This document shows positions 25,114 to 36,085 of a stretch of 64,000 bases of DNA, one piece after another. The position numbers were made by a program, and so were the translations under genes. Under the pieces are notes generated by a model that saw only the letters and a program-made list of their open reading frames with translations, made no database searches and was not told the DNA's origin. Numbering within the stretch: the stretch's first letter is position 1; every line of letters starts with the position of its first letter. This stretch comes from Carcharhinus amblyrhynchos (taxonomy: Eukaryota): positions 45,694,001-45,758,000 of the forward strand of contig OZ336883.1 in NCBI GenBank assembly GCA_965287045.1, in the 5' to 3' direction.

Positions 25114-27444
25114 CATTCATTGGAATCTTACAGCAAGACACCCATCCTATTTTGGGTGAGTATGGTTTTATTTACCACCCAGCAGTTGGAAGAGTTTTGT
25201 GCTAGGCTGTTAGAGCCATAAGTTGAGCAACCTAAACAGAAATAAGGGAGCTACAGAAAACATTTTTTCCATTAGTGAAATCACAGTAATGTGGGAGGGG
25301 CAAAAATGGACTTTTGCACTACCTTGAGCTAAAAAAGCCACATGAAGGGAAGACATACGGATAGGGGAACACGTTAATACAGGAGAGCAAAGACAAGCTT
25401 TTGTACCACCCCAAGTAACAAGGTGAATAAACAAGAACATGCTGCACAACCTGTTGAAAGGCATGAAGAATATTAAGGGGACAGAGGCAGATTTCTGTAT
25501 CTCTCCAAGTAGCAGAACAAAAAAACAACAACACACCACTTGGCCACAGGACAATAGGGGGCGAGAGCTGCTCAATATACTGATGCTGGCTGGCCCAGAG
25601 ACAGAGGACCACTAAGGGAGCACCAGAGGCAGTTTCAAACAAATACAGAAAGTTATTAAAGAAAATGATAAAAAAGCTTGGAATCTTCCGAAGGCGAGCA
25701 TAAAGTTGATAGTTGGGACAGATTGAAAACAAACCATGGGCAACAAGAAGCAGGAGCTCAAACCCTCGCTAACCTCACAGAAACCTAAAAGGGCCCTTTG
25801 CTCAGTGGGGTAGCATGCAATGTGTGATACAGAATTGAGAGAGATGGAGAGAGTGAGGAAATATTGTAAATTATTTGGCAAATAGCAAAGAAAAAATGAT
25901 TTAAGAAAACCTGCAGTTGAGCTGATAATTTGAGTAGTTTTTGTATTTCAGTAGGTGGTTGCTGTTGCATTAGATCAAGGACAGGCGTTGTCAAAGCCAT
26001 TATTTGGTTTTGTACAGTATTTATTGCGGGCAGTAAACGTCATGCTTTACACTTTGGTTTAATTTCAAAGAGACTAAGAAAGTGCTAAATCTGTTAAAAT
26101 TTAAATTTAAAAGTTCTTGACATTACTCTTGTTTTTGGAATTTGATTACAGTTTGGAAGAAAGAAGAATGAAGGCTACTGTCTTAATTAATTTTCCTTAT
26201 TTTCTTTGAATGTTTTACTTTAATTCCAGTTTCGAATGTTGATGCCAAATGAAAGGAGATGCTGTGTAATGAATGGTGTTTGAAATACTTGTGTGGATGT
26301 TTTTTGTTTTGCTTTAATGCTTTAATTTTTTCCCCCCAATTGAGATTTTATGAAGTAGGTTTGATACAGAGTTTAAAATCAAATGGAATTTGGACTCGAT
26401 TGAAGTGTAAACTGAAATAAGATGAATTTATGAAATTCCTTAATCTTGAATACAATCAGCCACAGTTGTTCTCAAAAAAATATAGGATATACATGCACAT
26501 ATAGTATATACATGAGGGATGTTACTTTGAACATAATCTGTGGAAAGTATATTCAAATTTTAAATTCAGAATAAATAAATTGGAGTTTGAAAGTAACCAA
26601 TGAATCATCTTGTGTTCAAACTGGAATACAAAAAGGTTTATAACTTGGAGGAAGCCATGTGCTCTTTCCTTTGTGTTAGTGTTTTGTCTCTTGTGTTTTT
26701 AACTGGCAGAGATTTCACCATCTTCTGTTCTCAATTTGGTAATTAAGAATTTATACGCAATGGAGATTATGAATTTTATTTTTATTTTTTAATAAGCTGG
26801 AAGGGGAAAATGACTTGTTTAAAATTTATGAGCTGTGGTTATCTCTACATTGTGTATTAACTTCCGCTTGAGATCTGTAGGAAAGTTAACTATTTCAGCA
26901 AACATCTTTGAAAAAGAAATTAAACCTTTCTATTTGATTCCAGGCAGTAACCTATTTTTGATTTTAAACCTCCCTGAAACATATGTCCATGTTAGTTTAT
27001 AATGGCTCATTTATAGACACAATTAAATGAGGAAATTTTAAGTGTAGGCTGGAGGGGTGTGGAACAAGTGTAAGAATATGATAATTTGGTAGAGCTAATT
27101 AAAATTTGGGACATTTGAAATGATTATGATAAATCTTGTTTTGGATTAATCTTGAATCAAAACCTCTTGTTAAGTTCAAAGATATATTCCCAATACAATT
27201 GGGAATTAAATGATAATTGTAGAATCAGATTCTGAAAAAGGAATTAGTTCCGGGTCCGAATGCTTGGTCATTTTTTTTAAAAGAGTGATGACATAATGAC
27301 GTCCATTTGAGAACTTTACTCCACTCCTTCCAAAACTATCAGAAAATTAACTCATTCTGTCTCAAGCAGTGTGGATCATTTTGCAGGTAACTATAAATAA
27401 TGCAAGATTTGCAGTAGCTTCAAGACCTTTGAGAGAATTTATTT

Positions 27445-27752
27445 AACATAGAACATAGAACACGACAGCACAAACAGGCCCTTCGGCCCACGAGTTGCGC
27501 CGATCACATCAATACCTACCAATCCATAGACCTATCTATAACCCCCAATCGCATTAAATCCCATATACTCATCCAGAAGTCTTTTAAAAGACCCCAGCGA
27601 GTTCGCCTCCACCGCCACTGACGGCAGCCGATTCCATTCACTCACCACTCTCTGAGTGAAAAACTTACCCCTAACATCACTTCTGTACTTGCCTCTCCGC
27701 ACCTTAAATCTGTGCCCTCTCGTAGCGACCATTTCAACCCGGGGAAATAGCC
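27445..27752 (-). mobile_element. 5'-truncated CR1 3' end inserted in the ERV
   Basis: ORF 27532..27732 TRGHRFKVRRGKYRSDVRGKFFTQRVV; (AACATAG)n tail. Confidence 0.9.
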
Positions 27753-27757
27753 GGGTT

Positions 27758-27852
27758 GTAGATTTTCAATACAGCAGAAATTATCAGCCTGAATCAAAAT
27801 CTAGTAGATTTTCAATACAGCAGAAATTATCAGCCTGAATCAAAATCTAGTA
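27758..27852. repeat. Perfect 46-bp tandem duplication
   Basis: GTAGATTTTCAATACAGCAGAAATTATCAGCCTGAATCAAAATCTA twice, followed by GTA. Confidence 0.95.
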
Positions 27853-29000
27853 AAAGAGAGGAGAGCATCTAGACAGGAAATACAAAAGATAGAATGGGTG
27901 GGGGAGAGTGAGATTACATTCACCACCAGTAAACAACAACACTGGCCTTTGAGCTGTCTGACAATGATGGGAATCAAAGTTAATGAACCAATGACAAGAC
28001 TGGGAGAAGTAGTTTCAAATACAGAGCACACAGGTGCAAATTTTAAATATAAGAAGATTGAAAACTATCAGATGCGAGGCGGGCTCAATGGGAAAACCTG
28101 CTCCTCCCACTTAACTGACAGGTTCTTATAGTTAGTAATGAGGGAAATAATCCAGTGGGATAGATGAACAGTGAAGGAAATTAATAGGTATGTGATACGC
28201 AGATGAGATGTGGGATGAGATGTGGGGAAGTGAACTGGGTAATAGAAGAGTCGTTATAGGAGAGCTGATAGTTGAACAGAGTAGGACAAAATTAAAAGTG
28301 GGATTCATTTGGTGGATAATGAGAATGACAATGGTTATTAAAAAGAAATGTTTAAAGGGATTCTAAGAGAGGATAGAAAGATTTAAAAACAGTTTAAGTG
28401 GTAGCTATGGATATAGGAAAAAACCTTTTTAAAAAAAATCGAAGTAAGATAGGCACTATTGGACATTAGAAAACCCACAGCACTTTTTCAATGTGGGACA
28501 ATTCTGACATAGAAAAATGTGTGGTTAGCAAGCCACCTTAAAAATGATGTTTTTTAAGTCAAAAAACAAGCAATCAAAACAGGTTATTGCCTAGAATCAA
28601 ATAGAAAGGCTTGATTTCTGTTTCAAAGATGTTATGAAGAAAACTGAATAGAATTAAGTAATTGAGATGATAGAGACCGGAATTTAAACAGCAAGAGGGA
28701 ATTGGGATATTGAGTACAATTCAACTAATTGGAATATTTTGACTTGGCCCTGATGTATATTCTAGTGAAAGGAAAGTATCAGTGGGATAATAAACTGATA
28801 GTTTTCATTTGGTGATATCTATGTCTTTCTTTATATTATTAAGGAAGCAGAATTTGATACTCTGACCACAACCCAAGGCATCTGGACTATATATGAATAG
28901 ATGGGCAAAGACTTCAAAATCTATTGATACGATTACCTGAGGGTCAAGGCTTTAACATGATCTTGAGTATAAATGTGCAGATGGGTTACATGCAAAATAA
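27853..29000 (+). pseudogene. Probable decayed gag (NC zinc knuckle) and protease region
   Basis: TTCAATGTGGGACAATTCTGACATAGAAAAATGTGT near 28487 resembles CFNCGQFGHxxKMC; EGQGFNMILS loosely resembles a protease C-terminal motif. Confidence 0.4.
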
Positions 29001-29549
29001 CTACTATATAGGAAATCAGTCTAAACTCAATTCATCAAAGCGTTTGGAAGGGCTTGCAACTATACATTTAAGAACAGGTCTCAGACATGTACATTTGCTA
29101 ACAAACAACATGGCATGAAATAGTTAATGGGCCCAGTAGGGTCAAACAGCACTGTTAAATGATCAAGGCACTGACACATACTCCACAAAAAAACTGACTT
29201 CAAAACAATTGGGACAGAATTAAGCACATCAGTACCTGTAAAAAGGGTCAAATTAAAATTAAATAGTAAATAATTTGGATTTGTAGAATGGGCCACTAGA
29301 GTATCCCAGGTCATGGGACACAGAAATAAAAATGGTATGATTAATGTCATACTAATTTAGGGCCAAAAGGCACTTTTGTTTCTCCCCACAGGATACTACA
29401 ACCCCATGCACCAATTGCTTCACCGAATAGGATTATAGCAAATGGATCTTCAGATTGCTATGCAAAAGTTAAATATTTTACTTATCTAATATTTGTTCAC
29501 AATCTAGGGATATAGAAGAGCGAAATAGATTGTTGGGAGTCGATTCTCA

Positions 29550-30607
29550 AAATGATTGCATGTGTTTCTATTCTTTTGATGTTGAATTTATTAGTTTTAA
29601 CTTAGAGAAGGCCAGTACCTGAAGATATTCTTCATTCCCCTTGGGAACTGCATGTCAACACTTACCTGTATATGTCATATATACATGTGGTAGAACTTGC
29701 AACCTATCCAGGTGTTGGGCTTGCTCGCATGTGCTTATGACAGGATAAAATTCCACAGCAACACATCTTGTGCAGGTAGACTAGATCACATGCAGAGGCA
29801 TACACCTGTTTTTAACATGTCAAACCCAGTTTCACCCTGAAACAAATGGTGTCTAAACCAAAGAGAATATATTGCATTGAAAATAAGGAGGGTCCTGGGA
29901 GTAACTCAGATACAAGTGAATGTTGCAACACTGTAAACTGAAGCTGTGCATGAGTCCACCCAGTGATGAGTAATCTTGCAATGTCTCATTGCTTCAAGGT
30001 GAGCAACACCTACCCAACTCTTAATGGTACATATTGGATTTATGGGGATAAATGTATTCTTGGCTCCCTATCAAGGTTCATGTTACCTTGGAAATGTGGT
30101 CCCATATAACTACCATTTTCCTTACCTTCCTTCTTTGCTGAGACACCAATTATCATGCTAACAGAATGCTACATTGGCATGATCCTCCAAGCTACGGGAT
30201 TGAGAGGTTAACATGAGACAACAATAGTCTAATCTTAATTTTGGAAAAAATTGCCAGTGATACAGCCAATGGAAATCAATGATGAAATGGTTGCTATGCG
30301 CACCGTGGTACTTCAGCATCGAAAGGCACTGGATATTATCTTGGTAGCCGGGGATGGAAAATGTGCAGTAATTGGACCAGAGTGTTGTATATATATATGC
30401 CAGATAATTCAGAGTCCATAATCGATCTACCTGGTCATATTAAAAAAGGGGTTGAGAAACTCAAGCAGACTCAACATTTCACTCTCCGGTGTTGGGTTTC
30501 AGGCTGGCTGGGCCCACATGGGAACATCATACAAGAGATTGTGTTTTTTTAAAATTATGATCCTAGCATTTGTTGTAATTGTGTACCTGTTCAAATGCTG
30601 TGCATAA
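29550..30607 (+). pseudogene. env: Gamma-type retroviral env (SU and TM), frameshifted
   Basis: NLSRCWAC (CXXC) at 29701-29724; NGTYWI; MRTVVLQHRKALDIILVAGDGKCAVIGPECC (ISD plus CX6CC); hydrophobic anchor IMILAFVVIVYLFKCCA*. Confidence 0.9.
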
Positions 30608-30768
30608 ATAATCAAATCTACACAGTGTCCAACAACAATAATGGCAGTCTGTGTGGAGAAAAGAGGATTCTGAATGCCAAATAATCCTTTGAGACCCAAG
30701 AATATTTACTTTAAAACATCCATTTAGTGGTCTAATCTTGGGCTGGCCAAGGGCCAAGAGGGGGGAGC

Positions 30769-31864
30769 TGTTCGAGGGGTTAGGATATCCTGGGACTAAA
30801 AAGATTAATAGACCAGTATAGACTAATTTAGAGTGAATATATTAAAAAAAAAGCACAAAGTACCTGGAGTTACAAAGGTACAGTTTGCATGAAACACATA
30901 TAACCACTATTAGAGAATTTAAAATGTATTTTTGAAAACATATTATATTCTGTCATAAAAGCATACATCTTGACCAATTACACTGCTCTAAGCATGATGG
31001 GATATAGCTAAAAAGACAACCACGTTCTTTGAAAACAATACAGCTACTTAGAGAAGCAAAAAGAATGCTTATCAATGTGGGCTTTAGAAAGTACAAGCTT
31101 TCCAGACAGTTAAATGAATAGAGTAATAAAAGTTTCCCAATATGGGGTTGCTAATTAGGCAATGGGAAATGAACTTTTGAATTCTATGGGCTTACGTGTT
31201 GGGGTTGCTGGGAGATATTGGGAAGAACTTTTGAACTCTACAGATCTATATATTCTCAAGCTGCCAGAGAGTAGAATGTTGTTGGCCAATGTAAATGATT
31301 CATGCTGAATTAATTAGCTCATGTCTGGCTAGGATGAGCAAAAGAGGTGGGCAAATGATTTTTCATATCATAGAATCCCTACAATACAGAAAGAGGCCAT
31401 TCAGTCCATCAAGTCTGCACTAATCATAATCCCACCCAATCCCTACTCCCTTAACTACACATATTTACCCTGCTAATCTCCCTGACATTAAGGTCAATTT
31501 AGCATGACAATCAACCTAACCCACACATCTTTGGACTGCAGCAGGAAGCCTGAGCATGCAGAGGAAACCCGTGGAGACACGAGGAGAATGTGCAAACTCC
31601 ACACAGGCAGTGATCTGAGGCCTGAATTGAACCTGGGTCCCTGGCACTCTGAGGCAGCAGTGCTAACCACTGTGCCACCATGCCGCCCATTTTTGAAAAA
31701 TGTCTAATTGTATTACTGATAACAATGCAAGTTAGAATAGTTTGAACTGCTTCAAATTATCCTCTTATGCATTGTGGACCAGGCCCGGGCAATAAAGTAT
31801 GTCTTCAGCCATAATTACTGTCTCCATGAGTCCATTAAGGTTGGTCTCCCAAAAAGACCCCACA
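30769..31864 (+). repeat. ERV 3' LTR containing a SINE
   Basis: Follows the PPT; AATAAA at 31791-31796; ends AAAAAGACCCCACA. Confidence 0.9.
31364..31688 (-). mobile_element. HE1-like V-SINE inserted in the 3' LTR
   Basis: Absent from the 5' LTR (empty site AAATAATTTTTGAAAAAT); flanked by ATTTTT on both sides. Confidence 0.9.
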
Positions 31865-32162
31865 CTATGCATGAGAATTTTTGGCACTATAAACTGCATT
31901 ATATGGCGTGGAGATTCACCATTGCCATTGGTAGCTAAGCATTACCTTTTCCTGCCCATCAATGGCCTTTACCAATTTCCTGGAAGACCTTGCCCATTGT
32001 GTTCTCCCCACAGCTTACCCACCCACTTTGCTTGTTATTAGCAGCAAACAGAAATACAATACTTTCTGTAATCTAAGTCATCAAATTAATTGTAAATATA
32101 TGAGGCCCCACTACTTTTCTTGCTTCAGCCAGCACTTTGGACAAAAAAGGAAAATTCCACCC

Positions 32163-33470
32163 ACTGACACTGCAGCTATCTATTTTAGAAACCTAAGGGG
32201 TCGTCTAGTATGTTCCATGGATTTGTTGAATTTTAGTCCCTTATGTTTCTTGTGGAGATTGTCCCTTTAAGGGCAATGCAACAGAGTAAGGGTCAACCAG
32301 CCTGAGTGACCATTCAGGACTCTGAATGGGGAATTACCCTAGGGAGGAGGAGTTCCTTAGGCGGGGACATTCTAGAACTACCTACAGACATACTCTGCCC
32401 TTGTATAACCTTGTAAATAAATTATTTGTTGCTTACTAATGAAGTCTCTGAAAATGTATTATTACATTTCTTCAAAACTTTATCTTTTCTGATATTAATT
32501 TTGATAATTTCCTTACTATTTTTAGCCTCTAGATTATCTTCTATTCCTAACATGGAACTTGTTTCTTCTACAGTGAAGACAAACAAAAATATTTGTTCAA
32601 TGCCTCTGCCATTTCCTCATTTGCCATAATAACTTCTGTTCTGCTTCTACAGGATCAATGTCTAATCTAGCTTCCCTATTCTTTTTATATACTTCTAAAA
32701 GCTTCCAAAATTTGTTGTTATATTTCTGGTTATTTTACTCGTCCTCTAATTTTTCCTTTTTTATCAACTCTTAATGAGCTTCTGCTATATCTGCAACACT
32801 CTGAATCTTCAGACTTATTACAATTTTATGCAATGCTGTAAGCCTTTTCTTTGAATCTAATACGTCCCTTAATTTCCAGAGTGAACTGCAGAAAGGTCCT
32901 CCTTGCATAGTTGGTGTTCTTCAACGGAATTAATTTGTTGAACATTTTGAATTGTTTCTTTAAATGTTTCCCACTGTTCATTTGCCTCTGTACCTTTTAG
33001 TCTATTTGTCCAATTAACCTTAGCCAGTTCTCCCATCATACCTATGTAATTGGCTTTGTTTAAGATTTTTGTTTGCAATTTGAGCATGTCACTTTCAAAC
33101 TCAACATGGATTTGAATGGTACTATGATCTCTATTTCCCAGTGGATCTTTTGCTATGACATTATTAATTAACCCTGCTTCATTACACAGTACGAAACATA
33201 AGAAAGCTTTATTCCTCATTGGTTCAACTGCATACTGCTCTAAGAAACTGTCACAACAACATTCTGCAAACTCCTCTATGAGACCACTCCTGCTAATTTG
33301 ATTATCCCAGCCTACATGAAGTACAATGAGGAAAACATTTCCTTTGTTACAGCTCTAATAATTTCTTGCTTAATTATTGTCCAGCACTGACAGGGACTTA
33401 TAAACTACTCCCATCAGTGTTTTCTGACTCATGCTGTTTCTAATTTTCATCCATATTGATTCTCCTTCGT
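32163..33470 (-). mobile_element. Old CR1 ORF2 (endonuclease to linker), probably continuing at 40297-40500
   Basis: ORF 32869..33219 VLCNEAGLINNVIAKDPLGNRDH; ORF 40319..40504 IKFIYLNASRICSKID matches an ORF2 start. Confidence 0.75.
32251..32466 (+). mobile_element. Solo LTR, Gypsy-like
   Basis: TGTGGAG...ATTACA, internal AATAAA, perfect 5-bp TSD TTTCT. Confidence 0.85.
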
Positions 33471-33742
33471 TTGGAGGGGATGGGGGGGGTGAAGTGGGAG
33501 GGGTGGGCGAGGGGGGGTGACGTTAATCTTAACAGAATTTGGCAATGTATCGTTCCGGTGACAAAAATAAAGTGAATCCCATCGAAGGCTCTGGCACAAC
33601 TTCTGACCCAATCTTGAACCTGATTAACCAAAGTTCTTATGGCCATAAGAATCACACAGTGCTCACAATGGCCTCCATCCAATTTGCCTGTCCAAGCTCA
33701 ACTTAATTGTGGCAATCACTGGGGAGCTGCATATAAATGGCT

Positions 33743-34335
33743 TACAACACCATGTTTAAGTCCAACCTGTTTATCTGAGAGTAATCCCACAAGCTTTCAG
33801 AAATGGTGTCCCTTCGTCAGGTGTGTGGAAGCTTCTGATCAGAGAAAGGCATATAAAGATACACACAGTTTACAGAATACTGATTAGAATGCAATTCTTT
33901 GCAGCTAACCTGCTATCCAAGTCTTAAAGATGCAGACACTGTGAATGGAGATAGTATTAGCATAGGTTAAAGAGATGTGTATTGTCTCCAGACAGGGCAG
34001 TAAGTGAGTCTTGCCTGGGCTTGTAAAATCTCACTTACTGTCCTGTCTGGAGACAATACACATCTCTTTAGCCTATGCTAATGCTATCCCCACTTGCATT
34101 GTCTGCATCTTTAATATTGCAGGTTAGCCGCAAAGACTTGCATTCTAATCAGCATTCTGTAAACTGCGTCTGTCTTTATATGCCTTTCTCTGATCAGAAC
34201 CTTCCATATACCTGACGAAGAACACTGTTTCCAAAAGCTTGTGGGATTACTATCAAATAAACTGGTTAGACTTAAATGTGGTGTTGTGAGACTTCTTACT
34301 GTGTTTACCCCAGTCTAACACTGGCATCTCTACAT
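33743..34335. mobile_element. Palindromic Penelope-like pLTR element
   Basis: Arms about 33741-34008 and 34030-34290; 11-bp TSD TATAAATGGCT (33732-33742, 34336-34346); hammerhead motifs at 33788-33823 (-) and about 34208-34243 (+, GAAA mutated). Confidence 0.9.
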
Positions 34336-34696
34336 TATAAATGGCTCCCCAGCACTTGTTCCAGATCTATTGCATGGGATGGCAGCCAGGAGACCCCATA
34401 CCTTATTTCTCGGAGGGAGCCCTATCCAGGCTGATGGATGGAGTGTAACTGAGGGGGACGTACACTATCCTTGCTCCAGAAGATATCCTTCCAGCAAGGT
34501 CACCACCCCCATCTGGGATTCAGCGACAGTCCTGGTGAGTGCCAGCTCACTACAGAAGAGGGTGGGGTAGCAGTGCCACGGGAAGATGAATGATCTTCCT
34601 TGCTTACCCCAGGTGATTTTCATCTTTTTCTGTACCCCTTCATAAACCCCTCCCACCTCTACCTTTATCCCTCACCCAGCCGCTTCACCCTTTGTG

Positions 34697-34984
34697 TTGA
34701 TTCTCCAGAAGGAGCTCTAGGCAGTAAAATAAAACAAAATTTACTCCAACTTATAAATCAAAGAAAAAGGTTTAATAAAGAAACTTCATTACTCCAACAC
34801 TTAAGATCTCACCCTAGGCCATTCCAAGCCCTCCTCAGTTCCCAACAGATTCTGATTTATACTGAGTCAGCTGGTCAGCTGACCACCACATCATTTTGTC
34901 ATTGGTTACAAGATGACCCTTACAGCTTGTTACCATTGGTCACACTGTAGAAGATGTAATGTTATCATTGGTTATATTCTAACA
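34697..34984 (-). repeat. Unclassified LTR/pLTR-like repeat, copy 2
   Basis: Homologous to 1385-1634 and 43516-43723. Confidence 0.7.
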
Positions 34985-36085
34985 TTTGCCAACATCTGTA
35001 TGGAGGCTATCCACCCTCCTCCCCAATCAACATGCTCCCCCCAATACTCACTGCTATGCTCCTCACACTCCAGCTCTCACTCAAAAGCCTCACCTGCCAC
35101 ACTTCATCACCATCTTCAATGTCAACACTGCCGCCCTAAACTCCCCTCATCTGTGTCACTGCAGGACAAACTCAACAACAACAAGAGTGAGCAAGCATGT
35201 CTCGCCGGAGTAACGTCAGACCTCTAACTCTCACGCCACTTGAGGAAAGAGACCTTGAGCTGGCCAGGGAGGAGAAAGAATGCATCTACACTGATGGTTA
35301 AGTGGGAGCAGCAGACAAACATGAGAATCCTCAAGACATCCTGTTATTCCTCATGTTTCAAGTGAGTAATCAATGTTCCCTCCTTTAATCCCTGTGATGC
35401 ACTAATGCCATCTCCCTTCTCTTGCAGACAAAGCAGCAGATGAGGCTGGACCATCCTGACACCCTCCCCCAGGCCACCAGATAGAAGCAGCTTCGAGGGA
35501 TGCTTCTCGGACCCCACTATTGAAGAGATGTCACAGCTAACACCCGCATTCGGCACCAGCGCAGATACACACACCTTGGTGGGATCACTAAGTAAATAGG
35601 CTTCTGAGTCGCTCACTGGTGAGTATCTCACAGCTGAAAATCCACAGCAGGTAGAGGCAAGCACATTCCAGGGAACTGACAATCGGAGGGATGCCGGAGG
35701 CTGCTGTTCCCTGCCTGATGACTTGCTTCTCAATCTGATCATCCCACAGCTTGTGGAATTGCAAAGTGTTGTGAAGTAAGCGTTTATAAACTTTTTTTAA
35801 AAACTGTAAAAATGCTAAGAGTTGTACAATTGTCTGTTTAAAAGGTGGCTTTTTTTCTATGCTTAGAGATTGAAAAAACAAATAGGTTCAGTTTGCAGCA
35901 AGCATAGAATGAAACAACGTATCAGAGATTAAAAAAAAACAACAGGGTTGCTTTGGTAACAGGCTTTAGGCATTTGAGTCAGAACATGTTTTGAATTTTA
36001 ACCAATCAATTTGAAATAGGCATTTAAATAGCTGCAGCCTATGGCATTTGAATTTGGTGCCTGGGTAACTTGTAAACCAATCATA

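Larger units (their letters stand above)
24355..31864 (+). mobile_element. Endogenous retrovirus with two LTRs, decayed gag/pro and env, no detectable pol
   Basis: Paired TG...CA LTRs, PBS-like sequence after the 5' LTR, PPT AAGAGGGGGGAG at 30756-30767, env motifs. Confidence 0.9.

Noticed and set aside
25210-26000. Cluster of 70-137-aa minus-strand ORFs inside the ERV as accessory genes
   Set aside because: Leu/Phe/Ser-rich antisense frames of A-rich DNA with no recognisable domain
27758-27852. Direct repeats considered as a CRISPR-like array
   Set aside because: Two adjacent units with no spacer, eukaryotic context, no cas genes
29550-30607. env as a domesticated syncytin-like gene
   Set aside because: Multiple frameshifts and stops; longest open piece is about 63 aa
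19206-32162. A single giant Harbinger element hosting the ERV, based on TIR-like ends at 19206 and 32162
   Set aside because: The ends match only loosely, no TSD is visible and the flanking CR1 pieces are not contiguous; cannot be supported by eye
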